Shown here: positions 1-9,536 of the stretch, piece by piece
Numbering within the stretch: position 1 is the stretch's first letter
How the letters are laid out: every line of letters starts with the position of its first letter
NCBI GenBank assembly: GCA_963707955.1
Contig: OY970176.1
Coordinates: forward strand, 1,632,001 to 1,696,000
Length of the DNA stretch: 64,000 bases
DNA from: Candidatus Bathyarchaeota archaeon
Lineage (GTDB): Archaea > Thermoproteota > Bathyarchaeia > Bathyarchaeales > Bathycorpusculaceae
Direction: 5' to 3'
The notes under the pieces: generated by a model
The model's database searches: none
What the model was told of the DNA's origin: nothing
Seen by the model: only the letters and a program-made list of their open reading frames with translations
Translations under genes and position numbers: made by a program

Positions 1-133
1 ATTTGCTGCATCGTCTTATCTGAATCTCGCCGCAGCTTGGGCAGAGGAATTTTGTGGATTCTGCCCCCGGCGGTATCGGTTTGCCGCAGCTCGAGCATGA
101 AATTAAGGTCAGCGTTGACGTTTTTTCAGTCAT
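1..133 (-). CDS. Zn-ribbon protein (DUF1610-like), 3' end runs off the window
   Basis: Manual translation MTEKTSTLTLISCSSCGKPIPPGAESTKFLCPSCGEIQIRRCSK; CxxC...CPxCG pattern; not in ORF track. Confidence 0.75.
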   Translation of the reverse strand, partial: MTEKTSTLTLISCSSCGKPIPPGAESTKFLCPSCGEIQIRRCSK

Positions 134-250
134 GACGAATGTCCTCAGTGAGTGCTTCTGTAATTGGGAGACTTCCTTATATCTTATATGTCTCGGTCTT
201 AGCAACTTTATTATTTCAGTCATTCGCCAATATTGGCTAGGGGTCATTTT

Positions 251-1285
251 TTGGGCGTAGACCTTCGCGACCTTGTCCCGAAAACGACTGTCAGGCTTGA
301 GGACCTGAGCGGAAAAGCCATCGCCATAGACGCGTACAACGCGTTATACCAGTTTCTAGCCATAATTCGTCAGCCAGACGGCACACCTTTGAAGGACAGT
401 TCAGGCAGAGTCACGAGTCATCTCAGCGGTCTGCTATACAGAACGAGCAACTTGGTGGAGTTGGGCACAAAGCCCATCTACGTTTTTGACGGAGCGCCAC
501 CAGCGCTCAAGGAAGTTGAAATCAACAGGCGAAGAAAGGTGAAAGAAAAGGCTATGGTGCAGTATGAGCGGGCCTTAAAGGAGGGTAAGACTGAAGAAGC
601 GCGCATGTACGCCCAAGTGACGTCGCAGTTAAAGGACTACATGGCGGAGGACAGCAAGAAGCTGCTGGATTTAATGGGAATCCCATGGATTCAAGCGCCC
701 AGTGAAGGTGAGGCCCAAGCGGCCCACTTGACCAAGAAAGGGGCAGCAGACTACTGCGCAAGCCAGGATTATGATAGCCTACTGTTTGGTGCTCCAAGGT
801 TCGTCAGAAACGTGACCATTTCAGGGCGGAGAAAACTTCCCAGCAAGAACGTCTACGTCGAAGTTGTTCCTGAAGTAGTCGAGCTGGAGCAGGTTCTCAA
901 GCAGTGTGGGATAACTTACGAGCAGCTAGTCGATGTTGGAATACTGATCGGAACGGACTTCAACCCGGACGGGATCAAGGGTTTAGGGCCGAAAACTGCT
1001 TTAAAACTGATAAAGGAACATGGAACCCTTGAAAATGCCATTCCACACATCAAGAACGCAGAGTTTCCAGTTGAACCTCAAAGAATCAGGGAGATTTTTC
1101 TGCACCCAACAGTAACCGACGACTACAGGATCGAATGGAAGGAACCTGACGTCGAGGCGGTTGTGAATTTCATTTGCAGGGGAAGAGATTTCTCAGAGGA
1201 CCGCGTTCGGAAAGCTTTACAAAAGATGCAGAGAGGAATCACTGAAGAAAAGGGAAAGACAACTCTGGAGAAATGGTTCGGGTAA
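251..1285 (+). CDS. fen: Flap endonuclease-1
   Basis: MGVDL start (TTG 251), IDAYNALYQFL, APSEGEAQAA, SQDYDSLLFG, GTDFN motifs, C-terminal PIP-like TTLEKWF. Confidence 0.97.
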   Translation: MGVDLRDLVPKTTVRLEDLSGKAIAIDAYNALYQFLAIIRQPDGTPLKDSSGRVTSHLSGLLYRTSNLVELGTKPIYVFDGAPPALKEVEINRRRKVKEKAMVQYERALKEGKTEEARMYAQVTSQLKDYMAEDSKKLLDLMGIPWIQAPSEGEAQAAHLTKKGAADYCASQDYDSLLFGAPRFVRNVTISGRRKLPSKNVYVEVVPEVVELEQVLKQCGITYEQLVDVGILIGTDFNPDGIKGLGPKTALKLIKEHGTLENAIPHIKNAEFPVEPQRIREIFLHPTVTDDYRIEWKEPDVEAVVNFICRGRDFSEDRVRKALQKMQRGITEEKGKTTLEKWFG

Positions 1286-1373
1286 TTCATCGACCACAAC
1301 AGGTGTGTAGCGGCGGAAATCTTTAATTAAGAACCCGTTATAGTATGCATCCTCTTCAGAAATGGTGATCTTT

Positions 1374-2675
1374 ATGGAGAAGGATCAGATAGCTCTGTCA
1401 ATAGACGAGTTTCCCACTAAATGGTACAACATTGCGCCAGACTTGCCTGAGCCGCTTCCTCCGCCGAAGGAGCCTGAAACTGGGCCTTCGAGGATGGATT
1501 TCTTGGGCAGAACCATGATTAAGGAGTGTCTCGGGCAGGAAATGTCCAATCAAAGCTGGATCACTATACCTGAAGAAATCCGTGAGCTCTACATTCATAT
1601 GGGAAGGCCCAGGCCGCTTTACAGGGCCAAACGCTTGGAGAAGCGTCTCGGGTTGAAGAAGGTCAAGCTCTATTATAAACGCGAGGACCTGTCTCCGACG
1701 GGTTCGCATAAGACTAACACTGCGATCGCTCAGGCTTACTATGCGCTTAAGGAAGGGAAAACAACCTTGAGCACTGAAACGGGTGCGGGACAGTGGGGTA
1801 CAGCGCTTGCTTACGCTGCGCAGCTCCTAGAGCTTAAATGTGTGGTCTTCTGGGTTAAGTCCGTCTACGACTGGAAAGCTGACCGCAGGATTTTGATGCA
1901 TCTTCTGGGCGCAAAGGTCTATTCCTCTCCAAGCAAACAAACTAAGTTCGGCAGGGAGTTTCTTTCAAAAAACCCGAACAGCTCGGGCTCGCTTGGCATT
2001 GCAATATCGGAAGGACTCGAGTATGCAGAGACGCATGATGATACTGTGTACTGTCTGGGCTCGGTTCTGAATCACGTCATGACCCAGCAGTCAGTGATAG
2101 GATTGGAGACGATCAAACAGTTTGACATGATCGATGAGAAACCAGACTTGATCGTCGGCTGTCTGGGCGGCGGCTCTAACTTCAGCGGAATCGCACTTCC
2201 ATTCATAGGCGAAGTCTTGAAAGGAAAAAGGGAATGCGACTTCTTGGCAGCCCAGTCGATGGCGGCTCCTAACCTTGTGAAGGGAGAATACAGGTATGAT
2301 TTTGGTGATGTCGCTGAACACACGCCGCTCCTGAAGATGTACACTTTGGGCCACAAAGCTGATATGACCCCCATCAAAGCAGACGGGTTGCGGTACCATG
2401 CGGCTGGTCCAATCGTCAGCCTGCTGAGAAAGCATAACATCGTCAAAGCCGTGGCCTATCCTGCTGACGAGAAGTCAATCTTTGAAGCGGCTAAACTCTT
2501 CCTCCAGGCTGAGGGTTGGTTAGCCGCCCCAGAATCCAGCTATGCAATCCGCGCCAGTATTGACGAGGCTGTCAACGCTGAAAAGGCTGGCAAAGAGAAA
2601 ACGATATGCATGAACATAAGCGGACATGGCTGGCTGGATTTGGAGGCGTACAAGGAAAAGCTAGAAATCTCATAA
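1374..2675 (+). CDS. trpB2: TrpB2-type tryptophan synthase beta-like PLP enzyme (paralog 1)
   Basis: PTKWYNI, SPTGSHKTNTA, TETGAGQWG, GGGSN, GLRYH, SGHG motifs. Confidence 0.92.
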   Translation: MEKDQIALSIDEFPTKWYNIAPDLPEPLPPPKEPETGPSRMDFLGRTMIKECLGQEMSNQSWITIPEEIRELYIHMGRPRPLYRAKRLEKRLGLKKVKLYYKREDLSPTGSHKTNTAIAQAYYALKEGKTTLSTETGAGQWGTALAYAAQLLELKCVVFWVKSVYDWKADRRILMHLLGAKVYSSPSKQTKFGREFLSKNPNSSGSLGIAISEGLEYAETHDDTVYCLGSVLNHVMTQQSVIGLETIKQFDMIDEKPDLIVGCLGGGSNFSGIALPFIGEVLKGKRECDFLAAQSMAAPNLVKGEYRYDFGDVAEHTPLLKMYTLGHKADMTPIKADGLRYHAAGPIVSLLRKHNIVKAVAYPADEKSIFEAAKLFLQAEGWLAAPESSYAIRASIDEAVNAEKAGKEKTICMNISGHGWLDLEAYKEKLEIS

Positions 2676-2687
2676 ACAGCGATTCTA

Positions 2688-3396
2688 TCAGAATCGGTGG
2701 CCGTACTTTCCAGTCAATGGCACAAATGCTACGCCACCCAGATTTTCTTCCTTCATTTCTCCGTCGCCCGTTTTAGTAATCTTAATCAGGTTTTGGAATA
2801 GAGACAAGCTGCCGACTGGAATCAGCATTATTCCTGTGGGTTTCAACTGTTCGATTAGCACTTTAGGGACGTCAGGCGCAGCTGCTGTCACAAGGATTCT
2901 GTCGTACGGAGCCTTTTCAGGGTAGCCTATTGAACCGTCGGCGTAAATTATCGTCACTCGATCGCCGTACCCGCAGTTCATGATGTTCTTCCGGGCGAGT
3001 TCGGCCAGACCTTGCACAATTTCAACGGTGTACACGTGTCCCCACTCGCTTCGCGGCGCAGTTTTCGGCGCGATCAGCTCAGAAATTGTGGCGGCGTGCC
3101 AGCCTGAACCTGCTCCGACCTCCAAGACTTTCAGTCCGATCTCCAACTGCAGGGCTTCATTCATTATTGAAACCATGTCTCGCCTAGCCGGCAACGAGGC
3201 CTTGGCTATGTGGCGCAGAAACCGTCTGCCCGAAGCCTATAGGAAGAGGCGTATCGACAGCACCGTAAGACCGCATGTTTTCGGGAAGGAACTTTTCACG
3301 CGGCACTTTACGCATCGTCTCAATAACCTTCGGAGAGCGGAGAACTGCTTCCTTGATCAGGTTCTGAATTAACTTTTCCCATTCGTTTTCTTCCAC
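2688..3396 (-). CDS. pcm: Protein-L-isoaspartate O-methyltransferase, two exons (3396-3210 and 3178-2688) split by a candidate BHB intron; start uncertain (up to 3417)
   Basis: VPREKF, DTPLPIGFGQTVSAPH, MVSIM, VLEVGAGSGW, APYDRILVTAAA, FVPL motifs; removing 31 nt gives one 225-aa frame. Confidence 0.9.
3179..3209 (-). other. Candidate 31-nt bulge-helix-bulge mRNA intron
   Basis: Minus strand UG-CGCC-ACA-UAGCC-AA-GGC-CUCGUU-GCC-GGCUA-GGCG-AGA-CA: 4-bp helix between two 3-nt bulges; cutting after the 2nd bulge nucleotide gives CCA CAC AUG. Confidence 0.85.
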
Positions 3397-3507
3397 TTGG
3401 AGCACCGACATAAACATGGCCGAGTCAGTTATTAACATATTTGAATTTGAGAATAAGATGTTAAATAACAAACCCCGCCTAAAGATTAGACGCTAGCTGG
3501 AAGCGTT

Positions 3508-3948
3508 TTGAGCCGAAAAGAAAAAGCTGATTCGAGCGCTGAAGAGCTGAGCAAGAAGCTAGACCAGATAATTCACAGACTCGACCTTCTAGAAGAGTTG
3601 CTCCTTGAAAAGCCAGAGTATGAGGGTTTAGCGGCTTCCTTGCGTTTGACAAAAATGGGCATAGGCATGTATGGTGAGCCATTAAAGATTGCTTCTCGTC
3701 TGAAAAACGCTGAGACATACTTACGTTTAAGAGACGTTGCCCAAGACGAGATTTCACGATGCATCGTTCAGGCATTGGCTGTGAAAGGAGCCTTGAATGT
3801 TTCCGCTATAACGCGGCAGGTGGCTTCGATGAGGGGAAAAGCAAGCAGACGCATAGTGCGTGACAGGCTGAAAAGACTCGTAGAGCAGGGAGTCTTGTCG
3901 AAGACAGGCGGTAGGGTTCCCACTTACGAGTTGGTTGAAAAGGGTTGA
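3508..3948 (+). CDS. Winged-helix DNA-binding protein
   Basis: C-terminal ALNVSAITRQV...RRIVRDRLKRLVEQGVL wHTH pattern. Confidence 0.7.
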   Translation: MSRKEKADSSAEELSKKLDQIIHRLDLLEELLLEKPEYEGLAASLRLTKMGIGMYGEPLKIASRLKNAETYLRLRDVAQDEISRCIVQALAVKGALNVSAITRQVASMRGKASRRIVRDRLKRLVEQGVLSKTGGRVPTYELVEKG

Positions 3949-4233
3949 TCACTGACTGGTCACTTTTGCACAGAACACCTAACTATAGTGACCATCCTTT
4001 GTCAGCTTAAGGTGAGCAATAAATGAGAAATGAATACCTACGTAACATGAGCAGAAGAAGCAACACGCTAACTTCTTCAGGAGAACAGGGTGCGAGTTCA
4101 CCCAAAATAGTCGCAGCGGCTCCATCAAGGTTGGCAAAACCAGAAAACAGAGATGAAATCACACTGGAAGACGTTTGGGCACGTTCACGATTTCACTGTA
4201 ATCTTGTGTAAACTATCTGGGAGGTGAATTAAA

Positions 4234-4629
4234 ATGGTTGATGATGAAAAGGAACGTGAAAAGAGGCATGAGAGGCAGAGTCCAGAGAACATCAAAGAAA
4301 TACTAGGCGTGGTCTCTGCGGAAGTCCCGTCGCTGATCAAGAACATACTTGGCTCGGTTTTCTCCGAAGAAGCAGGAAGGAGCATGGGCAAGGCGGCAGC
4401 TGCATATTACAAGGAACTGAAGAACGGCGGACTGCCTGAACCCGTGGCTGTCAAGTTGACAGAAGACTACATGCGAACCTTCACAAGCTTGGGCGATATG
4501 CTCAGAGGCGCTGACAGAGGTGGATGGTCCAGAAAGGCTGGAGAAGACATCGGCGAAGAGGTCAAAAGAAAAATCCGCGAAGGACTTGAGAAAAAAGGAA
4601 AAGAAGAGGAAGAAGAGGAAGAAGAATAA
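4234..4629 (+). CDS. Hypothetical protein with acidic tail
   Basis: GGAGGTGA SD upstream, 131-aa ORF. Confidence 0.75.
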   Translation: MVDDEKEREKRHERQSPENIKEILGVVSAEVPSLIKNILGSVFSEEAGRSMGKAAAAYYKELKNGGLPEPVAVKLTEDYMRTFTSLGDMLRGADRGGWSRKAGEDIGEEVKRKIREGLEKKGKEEEEEEEE

Positions 4630-4666
4630 CTTTCCTCTTTTCTTTGTCTAACATGGTGATGAAGCT

Positions 4667-4924
4667 TTGAGCGATTCGTCGGTTTTCACAGAATTGTTCA
4701 AGTCATCTCCGTACTTGGCTCGAATGTCACTGCAACTTTTCTACGCGTATCTCACATTAGGGAGTCGAGTGCGAAAGACCAGAAGGGCCTTTGAGGAAGA
4801 GCTTGTTCTCTCAGGAATGTCGAAAGTCGATGCTGAACGCATAAGCGCATGCTATGAAGAGCTCAAAAACAACATAACAAGCACGTTGAAGAAGGGAGTT
4901 GCGCGCAGTCTTGAGCAACGATAA
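4667..4924 (+). CDS. Hypothetical protein
   Basis: GGTGA SD, co-oriented with the preceding gene. Confidence 0.6.
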   Translation: MSDSSVFTELFKSSPYLARMSLQLFYAYLTLGSRVRKTRRAFEEELVLSGMSKVDAERISACYEELKNNITSTLKKGVARSLEQR

Positions 4925-4958
4925 GAGCTCAGGTTCTGCGCGCTTAATCTTGTGTTGC

Positions 4959-6788
4959 TTATTTTACGGTTACCGATTTTGCCAGGTTTCTCGGTTTGTC
5001 CGGGTTGTAGCCTCTTTCGAGAGCCATGTAATAGGCTAAGAGCTGAAGTGGAACTACAAAGGGTATGGGTGACAACACTTCGGGGATGCCCTTCGGGACT
5101 TCAACGTAGTCGTCGGCGAGCTTTTTGATTTCTTCGTCGTCTTCTTCCAGGATGGCGATTATCGAGGCGTCTCTAGCTTTCATCTCCATAATGTTGCCAA
5201 TCAACGTTTTGCGCGTTTCATCTTTTGCACAGATGAAGACCACTGGAAAGCCAGGTTCAATTAGGCTAATTGGTCCATGCTTGCTTTCCCCTGCTGGGAA
5301 GGCTATGGCGGGCACGTAGGCTATTTCCATAAGTTTGAGTCTGCCCTCGTAAGCTGTGGCCGTGCTTATTCCGCGGCCGAGGAAAAAGAAAGTCTTTGCA
5401 TCCTTGTACTTTTTCGCGATCTGTTTTATCTTTCCTTCCTGTTTCTGGATTATTTCCTCAACAGTGTCTGGGATTTTCTTCAGTTTTTCTTCTAGGAAGT
5501 CCATTTCGTCTTGTGAAACCTTGCCCCTCTTCTTTGCAAGTCGTAGCGCCAGTTGAGCCATGACTGAAAGTTGCGATGTGAACGTTTTCGTCGCTGCCAC
5601 ACCTATTTCTGGTCCTGACTGTTGTCCAATGTACACTCTTGATACCCTTGTCAAAGTTGAGCCAATTGTGTTCGTTAATCCTAGGATCGTTCCTGCTCTT
5701 TGGCGGGCAGTGTTGACGGAGGCCAAGGTGTCCGCTGTTTCGCCGGACTGGCTGACCGCGAGGATGGTGCTATCTATGTTCACTGATTTGCCGCATTGTT
5801 CAACAAACTCTGAGGCTATGATCGGAAAGCTTGGAAGAAAAGCGAGTTTGGAGAACATGTAGGATGATGCAAGACACGCGTGGTAGGATGTTCCGCATGC
5901 TACGAGGTAAACGTCGCGGGCTCGGTCAAGAAAAGTTGACATCAGATCAGCGTAGTGCTCCTGCACCCTGAGCGTGTTCCGCAGGCAGCCTGGCTGTTCA
6001 TGAATCTCCTTTATCATAAAATGCGGGTAACCCTGTTTAACCGCCATCTCAGGTGTCCACTCGATGATCTTGGGTTCACGGACAACGACTCGTGAGTCTG
6101 CAATTTTCTTGATCGCAACGTTTCCCAGAGAGAGCGTAACGAGTTCTCCGTCGTCAACTATGATTGCCTTGTTGGTCAGCGGCAGAAACGCCGGGATGTC
6201 TGAGGCGAAGTACACGGCTTTTTCATTGACTCCGACGACGAGTGGGCTTTCGTTTCGGGCGCACACTATCTTGTCAGGTTCCTTCGATGAGATGACCGCG
6301 ATGGAGTATGATCCTTGAAGTTTCTTCACGGCTTCGAGAACGGCTTCAGCGAGGCTCAGAGAGGAATTGTTCTTGAGGATTTCTTCGATAAGATGAGGAA
6401 TGATTTCTGTGTCGGTTTTAGACTTGAAAACGTGGCCGTGATTCTCAAGTTCAAGCCTCAGCTCAGCAAAATTCTCTATGATCCCGTTGTGGACGACAGC
6501 TATCTGTCCGCTGCAGTCAACGTGGGGGTGAGCGTTCACCTGTAGCGGTGCGCCGTGGGTTGCCCATCTTGTGTGTCCAACGCCGAGGCTTCCCGGCAGA
6601 TCATCCAGGTTGTGCAGTATGTGGACTTCGTCTATTTTTCCCTGATCTTTCTTTACGTAGAGTTTTCCTTCATGTATAGTGGCTTCTCCAACCGAGTCGT
6701 AGCCTCGGTATTCGAGTCTTTTCAGCGCCGCGTGAATGACGGGTGCAGCGGCTTCGTCTTTTAGGATGCAACCGAATATTCCGCACAT
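4959..6788 (-). CDS. glmS: Glutamine-fructose-6-phosphate transaminase (isomerizing)
   Basis: MCGIFG, LEYRGYDS, GHTRWATHG, SQSGETADT, PRNLAKSVTV. Confidence 0.98.
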   Translation of the reverse strand: MCGIFGCILKDEAAAPVIHAALKRLEYRGYDSVGEATIHEGKLYVKKDQGKIDEVHILHNLDDLPGSLGVGHTRWATHGAPLQVNAHPHVDCSGQIAVVHNGIIENFAELRLELENHGHVFKSKTDTEIIPHLIEEILKNNSSLSLAEAVLEAVKKLQGSYSIAVISSKEPDKIVCARNESPLVVGVNEKAVYFASDIPAFLPLTNKAIIVDDGELVTLSLGNVAIKKIADSRVVVREPKIIEWTPEMAVKQGYPHFMIKEIHEQPGCLRNTLRVQEHYADLMSTFLDRARDVYLVACGTSYHACLASSYMFSKLAFLPSFPIIASEFVEQCGKSVNIDSTILAVSQSGETADTLASVNTARQRAGTILGLTNTIGSTLTRVSRVYIGQQSGPEIGVAATKTFTSQLSVMAQLALRLAKKRGKVSQDEMDFLEEKLKKIPDTVEEIIQKQEGKIKQIAKKYKDAKTFFFLGRGISTATAYEGRLKLMEIAYVPAIAFPAGESKHGPISLIEPGFPVVFICAKDETRKTLIGNIMEMKARDASIIAILEEDDEEIKKLADDYVEVPKGIPEVLSPIPFVVPLQLLAYYMALERGYNPDKPRNLAKSVTVK

Positions 6789-7000
6789 CTTTGGTCCTCA
6801 TCTGTTTGCAGTGAGGCTATTCGAACCGTTTTTGCGCTAATAAGCATTGTTAATACGTAAATCTGAGCGTTAAAAGAAATTTTTGATTCATTTCTCACGT
6901 TGCAACATGGTTGGTTCACTTAACCGTCATCGTTTTTCCTTCAGCACTAAAAAAAATGTTATAAGGGTGATCTTTTTCTTCACTACACCACGGGACAACC

Positions 7001-7966
7001 TTGCAGAAGAAGCTGTTGTTACAAGAAGATGGGAAGACACAGAAGGTCAAGGAGATCACAATAGTCGACGATCCACAAAAGTTGAAGATGATTCTGAACA
7101 GGCTGAGCTGGAAGATTCTGGAGATGCTTTCTGAAAAAGAGATGTACCCGCTGGAAATAGCTAAGGTCCTCAGAGTTCACGAGCAGAAGGTGTACTACCA
7201 CATCAGAAAATTGGAGAAGGCGGGCGCGATAACTGTCGTCAGACAGGAAGAAAAGAAAGGAGCCACCGCTAAGTATTTCAAAACAGTTTCTCCTGCTTTC
7301 GGCATCGAGCTTCCTCAAGGTTATACACCGATAAAGAAGCTCTCTCTATTGGGCATGGAGGGGCAGATCCAGAAGTTCTTCCGAGAATTCATTCGGAAGG
7401 ATAGCTCTTTCGAAGGGAAGATAGTTGTGGGTAGTCCAACGCCTCATGGGGCGTTCAAGACGAGCGCGCGAGACGGACATTACGCTTCTCATCTCGCCTT
7501 CTTTTTAGGCCAGTTTGTGAGGATGCCTGACGAATTTGCGATAAAACTTGACGTTGACGTCAAGGCTGAGAAGGAAGAAAAGAACAACCTGGTTCTTGTG
7601 GGCGGACCAGGCACAAACCTGCTTACCCAAGAGGTGAACGAGTACTTGCCGATAAGGTTCGACATGCGGCACTCGGAGGAGGGTTTCATGTTCGGAGGCT
7701 TGGTGTCCAAGAGAACATCTCTCGTGTACACCGCCGATAATGTTGGTTTAGTCGCGAAAATCGTGAATCCATGGGACAAAGAAAAGCGGGTCATAGTCCT
7801 AGCCGGAAACAAGACGGTTGGCACGAAAACCTGCGTCCTCGCATTGACGAATTTTTGGAAAAAGACCTTGGAAAACTACAAGGGTGACGAGACTTTTGCC
7901 AAGGTTGTTCAAGGCTTTGACTTGGACGGCGACGGAAAAGTTGACTCGATAGAGGTTCTTGAGTGA
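7001..7966 (+). CDS. ArsR-like HTH regulator with C-terminal S-layer-like domain
   Basis: EIAKVLRVHEQKVYYHIRKLEKAG HTH; NLVLVGGPGTN motif. Confidence 0.75.
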   Translation: MQKKLLLQEDGKTQKVKEITIVDDPQKLKMILNRLSWKILEMLSEKEMYPLEIAKVLRVHEQKVYYHIRKLEKAGAITVVRQEEKKGATAKYFKTVSPAFGIELPQGYTPIKKLSLLGMEGQIQKFFREFIRKDSSFEGKIVVGSPTPHGAFKTSARDGHYASHLAFFLGQFVRMPDEFAIKLDVDVKAEKEEKNNLVLVGGPGTNLLTQEVNEYLPIRFDMRHSEEGFMFGGLVSKRTSLVYTADNVGLVAKIVNPWDKEKRVIVLAGNKTVGTKTCVLALTNFWKKTLENYKGDETFAKVVQGFDLDGDGKVDSIEVLE

Positions 7967-8402
7967 CTTGTATCCCCTCAAATTGGACGAAGTTATTCTT
8001 GCACGTGGTCACGAGAACATTTCGGCCACGCATGAGACAACGATTGAAATCACGAAAGAACCGCGCCTGTCAGAAAGTGGCGATTGTATCGTCGCTGTGT
8101 CGGCCAACAAAGCATTAAGTGACTTGAGTTCCGAGTTTAAAAAGAACTTGCTGAAGGATCACGCTGATATCACTGTTTCACTCGAAGCCGGAGGAGTCAC
8201 GGAAACCTTAACCGCCCATGGGAGTTCTCGCCTGATTCTAACACATCCGACTGACATCGTTGTGAGAAAGAGCAACTACGTCTGCAGCCGAACATTGGCG
8301 ATTCAAGCAGACAAGTCAGCATCCGAGCTCTCAAGAGATCTTGTTAAGAAATTGAAAAACAGCAAGCAGAATGTGAGGATAACCCTGACCATGGAAATCT
8401 AG
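7959..8402 (+). CDS. DUF371 family protein
   Basis: ARGHENISATHETTIEITKE, GDCIVAV, DIVVRKSNY. Confidence 0.9.
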   Translation: MSDLYPLKLDEVILARGHENISATHETTIEITKEPRLSESGDCIVAVSANKALSDLSSEFKKNLLKDHADITVSLEAGGVTETLTAHGSSRLILTHPTDIVVRKSNYVCSRTLAIQADKSASELSRDLVKKLKNSKQNVRITLTMEI

Positions 8403-8447
8403 CGCGCTTTCAACGGACGTTGCGGCTTTATCAGGACACAACAAGGT

Positions 8448-9536
8448 TTAACGTATGTTTGCATCTAGGACGGCTTGCCATTCGTACGGGGCTGTTTCTC
8501 GAACCATCCTTGAGAACGGGACTTCTGTGACCTTTCTTCCAGTTTTTTCAACAGCTTCTGCGAGGTGGAGCTTTGTTGCTTCTAACGGGTTTGGCGCGCT
8601 GACAAAACTGTAAAAGTGTATGGTGCCTCCCTCGGGCTTGAGGGCTCTGCATGCTGCATCGACAAATTCGATTGCTTTTTCGGGCAGGTTCATAATCACA
8701 CGGTCTGCGACGCTGGTGACCTTTTCGTCAACGACGTGTCTCGCGTCTCCAAAGAAAGGATGGACTTCACCGACCGCCCTGTTGAGCCTGATGTTCTTTT
8801 TGAGATATGCAAAAGCGTTGGGATTCGCGTCTATCGCGTAGACTTTCACGTTTTGATGGGTTTTGGCTATGAGTATGGCGAAGGGGCCGACTCCTGCAAA
8901 CATGTCTATTATCGTTTCGTTTTCCTTAACTAGAGAGGCCACTCTCTTGTGTTCGTATGAAAGGCGGGGCGAAAAATAAGCCTTGGCGACGTCGACTGAG
9001 TATTGGCAGCCGAACTCTCTGTGGACAGTCTCGGTTTTCCGTTCTCCACCTATGACGCTGAATTCTCTCAATCGGTAGGTTCCGCTGACAGCGCCGGCTT
9101 TTGCCAGCACGGTTCGTACGTTCTTGTTCGTTTTGAGAATTGCTTCACCTATGATCCTCTTGTACGCGTCTAACTCTTGAGGAATCTCGATTATCGCTAT
9201 CTCCCCCACGAAATCCGCGGCGTGCGGTAAACTGGCCAACAGGTGAGGAGGCAATTCGGTTGAAAGCATTTCTGCCAAGGACGGTTTCTGTTTCTTTCTT
9301 TCTTGAAATGTGAACGCTAAAATTTGATAGGTCACTCCTTTTTCGCTGAGAGTCTTCAAAGTATCCTCTTGAAGCTGGCTGATGAGTGGGATGTACAGAA
9401 AATCTTCGTCTCTCTGAACTTCAAATTCCTTATCGATGATCTTCGCTTCACTTGCCAGGGCTATTGCTTCTTCGCCTTGTTTTTTCGGAACTCTTAAACA
9501 TCTGACTTTTTTTGGCATTTCGTCACGCAGGCTCAA
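8448..9536 (-). CDS. trm5: tRNA (guanine-37-N1) methyltransferase Trm5 family
   Basis: VGEIAIIE, YRLR, AYFSPRL, DMFAGVGPF, RVIMNLP. Confidence 0.9.
   Translation of the reverse strand: MSLRDEMPKKVRCLRVPKKQGEEAIALASEAKIIDKEFEVQRDEDFLYIPLISQLQEDTLKTLSEKGVTYQILAFTFQERKKQKPSLAEMLSTELPPHLLASLPHAADFVGEIAIIEIPQELDAYKRIIGEAILKTNKNVRTVLAKAGAVSGTYRLREFSVIGGERKTETVHREFGCQYSVDVAKAYFSPRLSYEHKRVASLVKENETIIDMFAGVGPFAILIAKTHQNVKVYAIDANPNAFAYLKKNIRLNRAVGEVHPFFGDARHVVDEKVTSVADRVIMNLPEKAIEFVDAACRALKPEGGTIHFYSFVSAPNPLEATKLHLAEAVEKTGRKVTEVPFSRMVRETAPYEWQAVLDANIR

Noticed and set aside
5125-6764. Numerous antisense ORFs over glmS (and likewise over korA, ths, pyrC, hdrA, trpB2)
   Set aside because: These are shadow frames of well-supported genes with no independent motifs.
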